DNA from: Candidatus Dadabacteria bacterium | GTDB taxonomy: Bacteria > Desulfobacterota_D > UBA1144 > Nemesobacterales > CSP1-2 | Length of the DNA: 64,000 nt | Direction: 5' to 3' | Assembly (NCBI GenBank): GCA_963805855.1 | Contig: CAWDVW010000006.1 | Location: forward strand, 64,001-128,000 | Shown: positions 30,404-41,200 of the stretch, piece after piece | How the letters are laid out: each line of letters starts with the position of its first letter | Numbering within the stretch: position 1 is the first letter of the stretch | Position numbers and translations under genes: made by a program | The notes under the pieces: model-generated | What the model saw: only the letters and a program-made list of their open reading frames with translations | Told to the model about the DNA's origin: nothing | The model's database searches: none

Positions 30404-31825
30404 ATGAGGTTGGCTTCTTTATTAATCCTCGGTCTATTTTCCATTCTTAGTTTTTCCGACAGCTTTGGAATCGAAAAGACTACGAAAGAGAGGTGGATGG
30501 GCATTTATTCAGGAAAGGACAAGGTAGGATATTCCCGAACCAAAATCATTACAAATAACGGGTCGAGAGAAGCTTCCGAACAACTGAAACTTAAGATGAA
30601 AGTTCTGGGAAAGGATCAAGAAGTCGATACAAATGCGAAATATTTGCTTGACGGGTTCAATTTGAAGGAATTTGAGTTTTCCATGAAAGCAGGTTTAGTC
30701 GATCTTAAGGTCACAGGTGTGAGAAATGGGGATAAACTTAAGATGAAAATAGCATCGATTTCAGGAAACACCGAACTTAATATCCCGATAGATAGAGAAC
30801 CGGTGATCAATACAGTTCTGTATGATTGGCTAATATCAAAGAATCCCGAATTAGGGAAAAGTTACGAAGTTTTACTTTTCGATCCCACTGCGGTCTTAAC
30901 CGGGTCGGAGCTTGGGAGTTTAAAAGCAACGCTGACGGTTGAAGGCGAAGAAGAAATCTCAATCCCCCTAGGAACATTTAAAACTTACAGGGTTAGGATG
31001 AACTATTTAGGTTCAGAGGATACAGCCTGGATAACCCCGAATGGAGAACTCGTAAAAGAGGTCTCGCCGCTGGGACTTGTGTCCTTTAAAGAAAACCGGG
31101 AAGATTTTATTAAAAGCAATATCTCGAGCTTAGATATTGTGGATAAAACTGCCATATCTTCAAATCTGAGAATTGAGAAACCTCGGGACCTTGAGTTCTT
31201 GCGTATAAGGATTGGTGGCATTGAATCAACCGACGGATTAGATCTCATAGATAATTACAGACAGTTTATTAAGGATGGCTTACTCGAAGTAAGGGTGGGT
31301 TCTCTTTCAGATATTAATACTTATGAAATTCCATATACTGATAAGGCGCTAAAGGCATATACTCAGGAGAGCATCTTAATTCAGAGTACGAATGATGAAA
31401 TAGTGAAAAAGGCGGGTGTTATTTTGGGCGGCGAAAAAAATTCTCTTGAAGCTGCAAGAAAAATAAATGATTGGGTCTATAAAAACCTGGAAAAGACTCC
31501 CACAATAAGCCTCCCTAATGCACTCGATGTTCTGGAGAGTCGGAAAGGCGACTGCAATGAACACGCTGCACTTTTTACAGCGCTTGCAAGAGCGGCAGGC
31601 ATTCCCACAAAGTTGGTTCTCGGTCTCGTTTTTTTGGATGGAAAATTCTATTATCATGCCTGGAACGAGGCATTCGTTGGCAAATGGATTGCGGTAGACC
31701 CCACATTTGGTCAGTTGCCCGCCGATGCTTCGCACATTAAATTTGTAGAGGGTAACCTCAACAGGAGCTCAGACATATTGAGATTGGTGGGGAAAATCGA
31801 ATTGGATGTAGTTGAGGCGTCTTAA
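30404..31825 (+). CDS. Exported transglutaminase-like domain protein
   Basis: Signal peptide; KGDCNEHA, YHAWNE, VDPT catalytic triad. Confidence 0.85.
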   Translation: MRLASLLILGLFSILSFSDSFGIEKTTKERWMGIYSGKDKVGYSRTKIITNNGSREASEQLKLKMKVLGKDQEVDTNAKYLLDGFNLKEFEFSMKAGLVDLKVTGVRNGDKLKMKIASISGNTELNIPIDREPVINTVLYDWLISKNPELGKSYEVLLFDPTAVLTGSELGSLKATLTVEGEEEISIPLGTFKTYRVRMNYLGSEDTAWITPNGELVKEVSPLGLVSFKENREDFIKSNISSLDIVDKTAISSNLRIEKPRDLEFLRIRIGGIESTDGLDLIDNYRQFIKDGLLEVRVGSLSDINTYEIPYTDKALKAYTQESILIQSTNDEIVKKAGVILGGEKNSLEAARKINDWVYKNLEKTPTISLPNALDVLESRKGDCNEHAALFTALARAAGIPTKLVLGLVFLDGKFYYHAWNEAFVGKWIAVDPTFGQLPADASHIKFVEGNLNRSSDILRLVGKIELDVVEAS

Positions 31826-31828
31826 GAC

Positions 31829-33625
31829 ATGAGGAATAATAGATTTACGGAGCTATTTCGGATGAGCAAAAAAGGGCTTATATTCCTGTTGTTAATTATT
31901 TGTTCCTGTGCGGACAGAGGCATTCAGTTAAAAACAGCCGATACCTCCGGGCATGAAAATATAGAGCAGGCTGAGCCATTACCGAGCAGGTACGATGCCT
32001 ACTATCATTTCTCGCTTTCCATGTTGTATAAAGAGCGAAGGGATATCTTGAGTGCCCTCAGGGAAATGGAGTTCGCTGAGGGCTATGATCCTAACTCCGC
32101 GCTGATAAAGTACAATCTTGCAATGATGTATCTTAGTCTTAGTCGTCTTGATAAATCGATTAGCAAATTAACGGAAGCCCTGGATTTAAATCCGAATTAT
32201 ATTCCTGCGAGGGCTCTTCTTGGCAAGATTTACGCTTCAAGTAATGATCCGAAGAAGAAGAGGGAAGGCATTCGAGAGCTGGAAAAGTCCATAGAGCTGA
32301 AATCTGATGATATTGATATTTATATATTTCTGGGGAATGTATACACCGAAAACAAAGAGTATGACAAAGCCGAGAAAATTCTGACGAAGGTGACTGAGCT
32401 CGCTCCTTATGATGAGCGTGGATATTATTTTCTCGGAAGGTTGTATCTTGAAAAGGGCGCACTGGAAGAATCTGTGGCTTACTACAAGCAGGCTCTTGAG
32501 CAGAACCCCGCTTATCCACTGGCTCTTGTAGATATTGCGAGAGTGTATGAAAAACTTGGGAGACCGGCTGAATCGGAAAAAATTTATAAAGATCTAATAT
32601 CCTTCTACCCCCTCAGCTTGGAGAGCTATATTCGTTACGGAAACTTCCTATTTACAGTGAATCGAATCGAGGATGCTCAGGAGCAATTTAAAAAGGCTGA
32701 GCAACTGGATTCTCAAAATCCGGACGTAAAACTAAGGCTTGGTCTCCTCTATCTTGAGGAAAGGGATTACGATAAGGCGATAGAAGAGTTCAATATTGTT
32801 CTCATTGAAAATCCCGATGACGAAAGGGTTAAATATTACCTTGCACTTTGCTACACCGAAACGGATCGATTCGATGAGGCTCTTAATCTTCTAAGTGACA
32901 TAGGGAGTGACTCTAGTTTTTATGACGATGCGCTTGTCCAGAAGGCTTTTATTTATGAGAAAAGGGGACAGCTTGATGATGCGTTGAAAATTATGCAAGA
33001 AACAACCGAGCACATGCCTGATAACGAGATATTGATTAACTATCTGGGGGGCCTCTACAGAAAGTTGAATCGGGATAATGAAGCGATAGAAACTTACAAG
33101 AATTTTCTGAAGCGTAATCCCGACAACGAGGTTATCACATATTCCCTGGGGGTCGCATACTTCATGAACAAAGATGAAGAGAAGGGAATTTCAACCATGA
33201 GGAAGATACTGGAGAAAAATCCCAATCATGCCGATGCGCTGAATTTCATCGGTTATTCTTATGCTGAGATGGGGAAGAATCTCGATGAGGCCGAAATGTT
33301 GGTGAAGAAGGCAAACGAAATATCGCCAAACAGAGGTTATATAATAGACAGCATTGGGTGGGTTTATTATAAGAAGGGGCAGTTAGATAAGGCACTAGAG
33401 TATCTGTTGGAGGCGGTTGAGCTCACATCTGACGATCCAAGTATCATGGAGCACCTAGGGGATGTGTATAATGACAAGGGGGATGTTTTGAAAGCCTTAG
33501 AGTATTATGAAAAGGGTTTAGAACTTAATGAAGATGACGATAATGAAATCAAGGACAGGCTTCAGGAAAAGATACTTGTTGTAAAAGAGAAAATAAATGC
33601 CCAGATAGGAAAGGAAAAAATTTAG
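31829..33625 (+). CDS. TPR-repeat lipoprotein
   Basis: Lipobox-like ICSC; many TPRs; ALNFIGYSYAE and IIDSIGWVYY. Confidence 0.9.
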   Translation: MRNNRFTELFRMSKKGLIFLLLIICSCADRGIQLKTADTSGHENIEQAEPLPSRYDAYYHFSLSMLYKERRDILSALREMEFAEGYDPNSALIKYNLAMMYLSLSRLDKSISKLTEALDLNPNYIPARALLGKIYASSNDPKKKREGIRELEKSIELKSDDIDIYIFLGNVYTENKEYDKAEKILTKVTELAPYDERGYYFLGRLYLEKGALEESVAYYKQALEQNPAYPLALVDIARVYEKLGRPAESEKIYKDLISFYPLSLESYIRYGNFLFTVNRIEDAQEQFKKAEQLDSQNPDVKLRLGLLYLEERDYDKAIEEFNIVLIENPDDERVKYYLALCYTETDRFDEALNLLSDIGSDSSFYDDALVQKAFIYEKRGQLDDALKIMQETTEHMPDNEILINYLGGLYRKLNRDNEAIETYKNFLKRNPDNEVITYSLGVAYFMNKDEEKGISTMRKILEKNPNHADALNFIGYSYAEMGKNLDEAEMLVKKANEISPNRGYIIDSIGWVYYKKGQLDKALEYLLEAVELTSDDPSIMEHLGDVYNDKGDVLKALEYYEKGLELNEDDDNEIKDRLQEKILVVKEKINAQIGKEKI

Positions 33626-33626
33626 C

Positions 33627-34448
33627 TTGAAGAAGCATTTAATCTTAATCCTCCCCCTTTTGTTATCCTGTGCAAAGAAGACTGTAGAGATAGATATAGA
33701 ACGTATTGACGTTGGAGACGTTATATCAAGGGTCATAGACGCCGAGGGCAGTGTGAATTCCGTAAAGGGTCTCGCCTCGGTTAAGATTGAATCCCCTTTT
33801 AACAATGTTTCTTATAAACAGGTAACAATCGCAGAAGAGCCGAACCTATTACGGTTAGAGGCGATAGCCCCGTTTGGCAGGACGGTAGGCATGATCATTT
33901 CAAATGGCGAGAAGGTCTATGTAATTTCAGCGGAAGAGAGAAACGAATTCGATAATTTGGAAGAATTCGATTTCTCATATTTCTATCCCGACCTTCCGGT
34001 CAAGATTACGCTCAAAAACCTGGTCAATCTTTTCTTAGGACGACTGCCTGAGGAGCCCGATTTCATAAATTCCCAAGTGCTTCTGGGGACGGACGACGGT
34101 CGAGTTGTCTTAACACTTTTTAAAGGCAGGAAGAAGGAAAGCGTCCTCTGGATAAATCCCCTGAATTATAGGATCTCTAAGGCTATGATTACTTTGGAAA
34201 ATGGCTCGACCGCGACATGTGAGTTTGAAGATTTTATAGATGTTGGAAATGGCACACAGATCCCGCGACGAATCGAGCTCAGGGTTGATGAATATTCAAT
34301 TTCTCTGAAATACGATAGGGATGTCGATGTGAACACGGACATAGATAGAAATTTATTTAAGCCGCAACCCGCTTTCGCAGGTTTGAAAAAAAACTCGCCA
34401 AACCTTATAATAAATAACCGGATGTTCTTAGATTCCAGAGTCTTCTAA
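33627..34448 (+). CDS. LolB-like / DUF4292 lipoprotein
   Basis: Lipobox LLSC; LRLEAIAPFG and IPRRIEL; typical position after the TPR gene. Confidence 0.6.
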   Translation: MKKHLILILPLLLSCAKKTVEIDIERIDVGDVISRVIDAEGSVNSVKGLASVKIESPFNNVSYKQVTIAEEPNLLRLEAIAPFGRTVGMIISNGEKVYVISAEERNEFDNLEEFDFSYFYPDLPVKITLKNLVNLFLGRLPEEPDFINSQVLLGTDDGRVVLTLFKGRKKESVLWINPLNYRISKAMITLENGSTATCEFEDFIDVGNGTQIPRRIELRVDEYSISLKYDRDVDVNTDIDRNLFKPQPAFAGLKKNSPNLIINNRMFLDSRVF

Positions 34449-34497
34449 TTTCAAACAATATAAAGATATATAGAGACATATCTGGCGTCCCGCTAGA

Positions 34498-34780
34498 ATG
34501 AGCAGTGTACAGAGGAGCAAGGTTTTTACGGTCAAGAATAAGCTCGGCCTTCATGCGAGAGCGGCTGCTATCTTTGTGCGCCTTTCAAATAAGTTTTCCT
34601 CAGACATACACCTTATGAAGGACGGCTATACATGTTGATGGGAAAAGCATACTCGGTGTTCTCTCTCTTGCCGCTGCAAAGGGAACTAAATTAGAGGTAG
34701 TCGCGGAGGGCGAGGACGCGGATGAGGCTATCTCAGAGATCGAGAAGCTTGTCGATAGCGGTTTTGGGGAGGGGTCATGA
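34498..34780 (+). pseudogene. ptsH: Phosphocarrier HPr gene with a +1 frameshift
   Basis: Frame 1: MSSVQRSKVFTVKNKLGLHARAAA..KDGYTC* (TGA 34636-38). Next frame continues VDGKSILGVLSLAAAKGT..GFGEGS*, whose stop overlaps the ptsI ATG. Total length 283 nt (3n+1). Confidence 0.88.
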
Positions 34781-36534
34781 GGTTTGAGTTAAAAGGAATA
34801 GCGATTTCCCCAGGCGTTGCCCTTGGGAGGGTTGCCCTGCTCGACCGCACTAAAACGGTTGTCGAGAGATCCGGGATCGATCCAGCCTTTGTACAATCGG
34901 AAAAAGAAAAATTTCTCGGTGCCCTACAGAAGTCAAAAAAGCATCTCCATTCAATAATTGACAGATTTGATCCCATGGATAAGGGGGATCACCTGAAGGT
35001 TCTGAATTTTAACATCATGATGCTCGAGGACGATTTGTTCTGTGAAGAGGTGGTCAGGACTATTGAGTCCGAGCTTGTCACCGCCGAGTGGGCCATAACA
35101 TACGTTCTTTCAAAAAAGAGTGAGGCTTTTAAGGATGTAGAAGATATATACATGAAAGAAAGACTTGCTGACATATATCACCTTGGAGAGATAGTCCTCC
35201 GCAATCTTCGAGATGTTAAGTATGATGTGCCTGATCTTGAAGGGGATCCCGTGCTGGTGGCGCATGATATTTCACCCATAGATTTAATAGCTTTTTCCAA
35301 GCGCCGTGCCATTGGGCTTGCTACTGATGTAGGAGGTACTACGTCCCATAGCGCTATCGTCGCAAGGTCGCTGGGAATTCCAACCGTGATGGGTCTTGAG
35401 GATATTACGCTCAAGGTATCCCCCGGGGATCCGATTTTCATCGATGGTTACAACGGTATTGTAATAGTGAATTTTGCCGATCAAGAGCGAAGTGAATTTG
35501 TTAAAAGGGAAAAGGACTATCAGGCCCTCGGCAAGAAACTCAAGAGATATGCGAAATTACCAAGCAGGACCCTCGATGGGATGGAGATTAAAGTCAATGC
35601 GAATATTGAGATTGCAGATGAGATTAATCAAGCATTAGCCTACGGGGCAGAGGGCATAGGAATGTACAGGACGGAATTTCTATTCACGAGATCCGATGTG
35701 TTTCCAACTGAACAAGAGCAGTTTGAGGATTATAAGAAGTTGGTATCGATTTTCGATTCATCAGATATCACAATAAGGACCCTTGATATCGGCGGCGACA
35801 AGTTCCCGCCGGGGATGCAGGCTCCCAAAGAGCTCAATCCGGCTCTCGGGCTTCGCGGGATCAGGTTCTCATTGATGGACAAGAATATCTTTCAAACTCA
35901 GATAAGGGCCATTCTGAAGGCTAGCTGTTTTGGGAAAATCAGGATTCTTATTCCGATGGTGTCCAGCCTCTTTGAGATCAGAGACGCAAAGAGCATTGTC
36001 AGCGGGATAGCAAGGGAGCTTGAGTCTGATTGCTCTTGGGAGCTAGGTGTGATGATTGAGACGCCATCAGCGGCAATCCTTGCATCCGAAATCGCTGAAG
36101 AGGTGGACTTCATTAGTATAGGAACAAATGATCTGATTCAATACACACTGGCCGTGGATAGGATTAATGAACATGTGTCTTACCTTTTCAGCCATTTCCA
36201 CCCCGCGGTCCTGAGGCTTTTAAAGGGCATTACCGAGGCGGCGAGGCTCAGGGGTGTTCCGGTGAGTGTGTGCGGGGAAATGGCGGGCCAGCTCTCGTGT
36301 GTTCCTCTCCTGGTTGGCATGGGTATTGACGAGCTAAGCATGAACATCCCCTCTATTCCCAAGGTTAAAAAGCTACTGAACTCCATAACAAAGACCGGAT
36401 CGGAGGAGATATTGGAGAATGCCCTGAAATTGAAGACTACATTTGACACAAAGGATTATGTGATTAAGGCAATAATGGATAAATGGGGAAAGTCACTTCC
36501 CCTTGAATGTGTTCAGGAGATTAATTCAGATTGA
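34777..36534 (+). CDS. ptsI: PEP-protein phosphotransferase (PTS enzyme I)
   Basis: GGTTSHSAIVARS (phospho-His), GIGMYRTEF, RTLDIGGDK, SIGTNDLIQY, VCGEMAG. Confidence 0.95.
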   Translation: MRFELKGIAISPGVALGRVALLDRTKTVVERSGIDPAFVQSEKEKFLGALQKSKKHLHSIIDRFDPMDKGDHLKVLNFNIMMLEDDLFCEEVVRTIESELVTAEWAITYVLSKKSEAFKDVEDIYMKERLADIYHLGEIVLRNLRDVKYDVPDLEGDPVLVAHDISPIDLIAFSKRRAIGLATDVGGTTSHSAIVARSLGIPTVMGLEDITLKVSPGDPIFIDGYNGIVIVNFADQERSEFVKREKDYQALGKKLKRYAKLPSRTLDGMEIKVNANIEIADEINQALAYGAEGIGMYRTEFLFTRSDVFPTEQEQFEDYKKLVSIFDSSDITIRTLDIGGDKFPPGMQAPKELNPALGLRGIRFSLMDKNIFQTQIRAILKASCFGKIRILIPMVSSLFEIRDAKSIVSGIARELESDCSWELGVMIETPSAAILASEIAEEVDFISIGTNDLIQYTLAVDRINEHVSYLFSHFHPAVLRLLKGITEAARLRGVPVSVCGEMAGQLSCVPLLVGMGIDELSMNIPSIPKVKKLLNSITKTGSEEILENALKLKTTFDTKDYVIKAIMDKWGKSLPLECVQEINSD

Positions 36535-36633
36535 AATACAAGGTTTCCCTCTCCCTTGGGGCGAGGGTTAGGGTGGGAGGAAGCAGGGATAGATTTTCCT
36601 GTTGACTATGTTAATTTGATAAATCTGGATCGC

Positions 36634-36711
36634 GCCCCTATAGCTCAGCCCGGATAGAGCGTCGGACTTCGAATCCGCAGGTCGGGGGTTCAAATCCCTC
36701 TGGGGGCGCCA
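36634..36711 (+). tRNA. tRNA-Arg(UCG)
   Basis: Acceptor GCCCCTA/TGGGGGC; D arm GCTCAGCCCGGATAGAGC; anticodon loop CT-TCG-AA; T arm GGGGG-TTCAAAT-CCCTC; encoded CCA. Confidence 0.93.
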
Positions 36712-37023
36712 ATAAGTTGAGCCTGTTAATCATTCCGATTGTCATCGCGAAGGGCGAAGCGCTGTGGCGATCTCCTTCGTTTTGTCATTTCGAATAAAAT
36801 GAGAAATCTTTCTTTCAAAACTCTTCCTCCTCCACACGTGGGGGAGGATTAAGGTGGGGGTACAGCGTGTTTATTATACGATTACAAGAAGACCGAAGTT
36901 CCTGATGCTGGAAGCCGCAGAGGGACTCAAAACACCGTGCGGAAGAAGAAAAATAATTTCAAAGGATTGTGAAAAGAAGATTAGATCCCTAATTTTTTTT
37001 AGGATCCCACGAAGCTCTTTGTA

Positions 37024-37236
37024 TCAAGCTAATATTAGACGCCTACCTTTTGGTTCGGGTACCGGGTCCCCAAACTCCCCGGCAGTATCAATCCAGAATT
37101 GAATGGCATCTTTAGCATTAGCTAACGCCGCCTCATGAGATTCTCCATGAGCCATACACCCTGGGAGTTCAGGGACTTCCGCGACGAAGGCTTTATCATC
37201 ATCGCTCCAGTAGATTATGATCTCATATTTGTTCAT
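37024..37236 (-). CDS. hicB: HicB-family antitoxin (short form)
   Basis: YEIIIYWSDDD.AFVAEVPELPGCMAHG...A..AIQFWI. Confidence 0.92.
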   Translation of the reverse strand: MNKYEIIIYWSDDDKAFVAEVPELPGCMAHGESHEAALANAKDAIQFWIDTAGEFGDPVPEPKGRRLILA

Positions 37237-37490
37237 TACTCTTTTTCTCCCAACGAATATTTCAATATGACAGCTCTTACCTGCCTCACCTGGTATGGTT
37301 TTGCTTTATTATTATCTTGTTGAAGATTGATTTTTTCCTCGACTCCCTGCTTTCTGAATATATGATGACTGCCACGAATTCTTTCCTCAAATCCTAAATA
37401 TTGTAATAACTTACAAAGATCGTCAAAACGGATATTTGCGTCGGAAGTCCCTTTAAGAATCTGTAAGAGTAGCTTGTCGTATTTTCCCAT
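37236..37490 (-). CDS. hicA: HicA-family mRNA interferase toxin
   Basis: LGFEERIRGSHHIF, AKPYQVRQV; 1-nt overlap with hicB. Confidence 0.9.
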   Translation of the reverse strand: MGKYDKLLLQILKGTSDANIRFDDLCKLLQYLGFEERIRGSHHIFRKQGVEEKINLQQDNNKAKPYQVRQVRAVILKYSLGEKE

Positions 37491-38032
37491 TTAAACATAT
37501 TATCTTTTAACTTAATAGTATCATCATAATTATAAGTCACATTGATTCCTATTCAAAACAAGACTTGAAGAATTGGGAAATTACACAAATATTCACGCAT
37601 ATCATCCTTATTTATCTGAGAGTAGTTGCTGTATTTGCTTTGGTTCGTAAAGACCAATTTTTATAATTGCCCTGTACCAGAAATTCCCATGTGTGACCCG
37701 TTGCTGCTAGCCGCGATTCTTGAAGAACTAGGATACCTCGACGAAAAGAAAGAAAAGGACAAGAAGGATGAGATTCACGATGAGGGAAGTGACAAAAATA
37801 ATTCAAATAGTAGCGGGCAAGAAGAAAAATAAGTTAAAGGCATTATCAATTGAAGGCTTGACCCTTCCACTTCCTAAAAAATCTCCACGCGGTAAGACAA
37901 TTAATTATCTCATCATTAAAGTGTTGCGTCCCGATAGATGATTAAGTATAGCAAACATTCCAATTTGCCAAAGTATCATATACTCCATATGATGTTGTTT
38001 AATTATCAATGTTCATCACGGGTGGTTAATTC

Positions 38033-38647
38033 ATGAAATATCGACTAAGCAAAGTTTACTTTATATTATTTCCACTGATCCTATGCGTATTTCTAATTGC
38101 TATAACAGCTCACGCCGAAGGGCCTTCTTTTGACTGTAGTAAAGTTGAGGCCGGGAGCATCGAAGAAATGGTTTGCAAGGATGAGAACCTAACGGCACTT
38201 GACCTGAAAATGGCGGAAGTGTATAAGGAAGCCTCAAAAAAGGCAGTAAACGAGCATCCTCCAGTTTTGAAAGCGGAGCAACGGGGATGGATAAAAGGCC
38301 GCGACGAATGTTGGAAAAGTGATGATAAGAAAAAATGTGTGGAGGAATCATACATGCTGCGAATTGCAGAATTGCAGGCACGATATGGGCTCGTTGGCGG
38401 CGATGGTCCTTTTTTCTATGCTTGCGATGACAATCCAGCAAAGGAAATAGTTATAACTTTTTTCAAGACAGACCCGCCTACATTAATTGCTGAATTTGGC
38501 GATAGTGTGTCATTGATGTATTTACAGCCTTCAGGGAGGGGATCAAAGTACCAAGGGAGGAATGAGTCCGCCTGGATAAAAGGTAAAGAAGCTATGATTA
38601 CATGGGGATACGGGAGTCCGGAGATGAGCTGTAAGCAGAAGTCTTGA
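38033..38647 (+). CDS. Exported LprI-like + MliC-domain lysozyme inhibitor family protein
   Basis: Signal peptide; PSFDC..A..IE..VC, LKAEQRGWIKGRDEC; MliC-like SGRGSKY..W.KG.EA. Confidence 0.8.
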   Translation: MKYRLSKVYFILFPLILCVFLIAITAHAEGPSFDCSKVEAGSIEEMVCKDENLTALDLKMAEVYKEASKKAVNEHPPVLKAEQRGWIKGRDECWKSDDKKKCVEESYMLRIAELQARYGLVGGDGPFFYACDDNPAKEIVITFFKTDPPTLIAEFGDSVSLMYLQPSGRGSKYQGRNESAWIKGKEAMITWGYGSPEMSCKQKS

Positions 38648-38770
38648 CGCTTTTAGGATGTTTAAAGTATTCATGAAATCTGTCCGGTAAACAATTGAGT
38701 AGTTCGATTTTATTTTATGGAAATGAGACTCCAAGTTAATCATTTCTAATCATAGCCGGATACTTATTCT

Positions 38771-39226
38771 TTAATCACAGGGTTCTTTTGAATAATTAGC
38801 ATGGCCTCTACCTTCCCAGCATTTGATTGCTTTTCCCGAACGCTTTATGAACCACGAACCATTTTCGTTTCTGTTTAGAACCAGTTTGTATCTAACCCCC
38901 ATAACTGAATCATCCAGTAGCTTCTCATTCGTTATAATGACTTGAGCAGTCTTTGGCGATTCGGGATTATCATAACTCCTTTCGATGGTCTGTGTCATCC
39001 CCTCTGATGGCCCAATGAATTTAAGAGAAACGAGCACGGGGTCAGCCGTCCATTTCTCGCCCTTTGCACTGGCAGGGAGGACGATTTTATTAAAATTACC
39101 GTGTTCTATGTTTTCGTATTCAATATCAGCTTTGCGGGGTCCTTCTATGTCTCCAGCTAAAGCATAGCCGGAAAAACTAAGCATAGTGAGGCAAAGAAAC
39201 ATATATTTAATTAGTGGAATATTCAT
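38771..39226 (-). CDS. Exported hypothetical protein
   Basis: Signal peptide (ALA); LLDDSV..VRY, KCWEGRGH...PC. Confidence 0.7.
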   Translation of the reverse strand: MNIPLIKYMFLCLTMLSFSGYALAGDIEGPRKADIEYENIEHGNFNKIVLPASAKGEKWTADPVLVSLKFIGPSEGMTQTIERSYDNPESPKTAQVIITNEKLLDDSVMGVRYKLVLNRNENGSWFIKRSGKAIKCWEGRGHANYSKEPCD

Positions 39227-39278
39227 TGGTGCTTATTATATCATACGATAGAATTGCGTTCAGTATTACTAAATAATA

Positions 39279-39376
39279 ACTGGTGACAGACACATATTTA
39301 TTTCGATCTTTCAAATAATTTACTACAAGTAATCAGTCGATAACCCCACATATCAAAATAAGTGTCTGTCACCAGT
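39279..39376. repeat. 15-bp perfect inverted repeat around an AT-rich spacer (mini-element scar)
   Basis: ACTGGTGACAGACAC (39279-93) / GTGTCTGTCACCAGT (39362-76). Confidence 0.75.
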
Positions 39377-39683
39377 CACTTTAAAAGGGTGATGTCAAGC
39401 ATTATTTTTGGGCTGAGACTCGATGGAATAGGATGTATGCCAATTAGAAAGACAGGACATTTCAGCCAGTCAATCAGCATTAGCCCAGAAGACGCCAGTT
39501 TTGACCCCCATCGTCGCATAAGTCTGCCCCAAATATGCCAGCCATACGGGCAACGTTAAAAGATTTTCACCTGATTGGGATGTTTGTCCGTACTTTGCGG
39601 AGAAAAACACCCCCGTGAGCCCTGTGCATGACCTTGCGATACGCGCTATCGGGAATCGGGGGACGATCCCGATCCAACCCGCT

Positions 39684-40526
39684 CTACCCGCGAGGCTTCC
39701 TCGTCCATGCGCTTATCCAGGTGTTCGACATCCCCAGCCCGTCCGTTGACCCGCTCTCGATCGCTTCCGCGATAAGTCTCTCCTTGAGTGTATCGATACT
39801 CAATTCCTCAGCGGTCGTTATCCCCAGCTTCTCCATCATGGGCACGAGGCTCCTTATCGTGCTAACGAACCAATCTATGCCCGGAGAGTTCGCCCCGCCT
39901 ATGAATGCATCGAGGTGCATTGTGGGCTCGGGCAGCCCCGCCTTTTTATAAACCGGCAGAAGCTTGAACCCCATCTGCATCTCGGTCCCCGACTTTTCCA
40001 TCGTTTCGTAGAACAAGTCCCAGAGCTTCATGAATAATGGCAACGGAGGTATCGCGACAGGGTGTATAGTGAAATCAACTTCCTGAAAAGCGACCACTCC
40101 GCCCGGCTTGACGTGACGCAGCAGCATCTTCAGTGCTTCCTCGGGCCTGGGTACGTACATCAGCACTGCGCGTCCGACGAGAGCTTCGAACTCCCCCTCG
40201 GGTTCGGTTGTGCTTATATCCCCGACCATGAACCTGATATTTTTATAGCCGCTTTCCTCGGCACGCTGTTTCGCCGTCTTCTGAATCTCGGGGTTCCTCT
40301 CTATACTGACGACTTCGCCTTCGGGTCCAACCATCTCTGCGAGAAGAAGCGCGACGTCCCCGACCCCTGTGCCGAGCTCGAGCACCTTCATACCCCTCTT
40401 GATCCCCGCGAGCTCGAATATCCTCCGGGTCGTCTGCACTATAATCCGGGACTGCTCCTGGAGCCTTTTCTTTTCGTTCTCGGTATCGCTCAATGCATAT
40501 TCTTTCTTAAGTTCCGAATCTGCCAT
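39684..40526 (-). CDS. Class I SAM-dependent methyltransferase (likely start MADSELKK)
   Basis: VLELGTGVGDV motif I; VGRAVLMY, KPGGVVAFQE; GGAG RBS before the ATG at 40526. Confidence 0.85.
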   Translation of the reverse strand: MADSELKKEYALSDTENEKKRLQEQSRIIVQTTRRIFELAGIKRGMKVLELGTGVGDVALLLAEMVGPEGEVVSIERNPEIQKTAKQRAEESGYKNIRFMVGDISTTEPEGEFEALVGRAVLMYVPRPEEALKMLLRHVKPGGVVAFQEVDFTIHPVAIPPLPLFMKLWDLFYETMEKSGTEMQMGFKLLPVYKKAGLPEPTMHLDAFIGGANSPGIDWFVSTIRSLVPMMEKLGITTAEELSIDTLKERLIAEAIESGSTDGLGMSNTWISAWTRKPRG

Positions 40527-40782
40527 GTAATTTTCTCCTGCAATTAGTATAACTGCCCTGCCCCAGACTCTAAGAAATAAAACATTCTGCATATATACTG
40601 CTCCCCTTTTGTCAAGCTTGGGTTAAGTTGGGCTTATGAATAGTGCAAAATACCCAACTTGCTTACATCGACTGAACAAAAAAGGGTGCTGCTAGAACCC
40701 GTCCGTGTTCGATTATCTGACACAAGTCAACATGTCTATTCTCAAATCAAGTGCTCGTGATTCAAAGGGGACGCTACCCTTT

Positions 40783-40837
40783 GATGCAGGATGCAGGGTT
40801 CACGATGCATGATGCAGGATAGTAAAGCCGGTTTGAC
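40783..40837 (+). repeat. GATGCAG heptamer array plus unique tail, direct-repeat copy A
   Basis: GATGCAG GATGCAG GGTTCAC GATGCAT GATGCAG GATAGTA AAGCCGG TTTGAC. Confidence 0.85.
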
Positions 40838-41200
40838 TGAAGAATTTAGTCCGACCGCAAGCCAGGTCATCCTGAATGCTGAATAGATCCTGCCCTATCG
40901 TCCAGGCATGGTTCAGCACAGGCCGCAATTTTTGGAAGGCCAATCAAATCCCTTTTTATAATGACAGGATCTGAGATTGCTTTGAAACGAAATTTCTCGC
41001 GATGACTTGTCTGTGGATTCCCGACAACAATCCTCGGGAATGACGTAGGGGCTGCGGAGTCCCGATACCTGGATTGGAGAATGACACAAATGAATTAGGG
41101 CTTCGAATGGACAAAAACTGTCCATCGCTTGGGTTATAATGATACAGAGATGGGCTCAAAGATGGGGTATGCTATAAGAAATTCCACTTGGTGAGGGGAT

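Noticed and set aside
37626-37832. Small acidic/lysine-rich ORF
   Set aside because: Low complexity, no clear RBS or motif; cannot be supported, though not excluded
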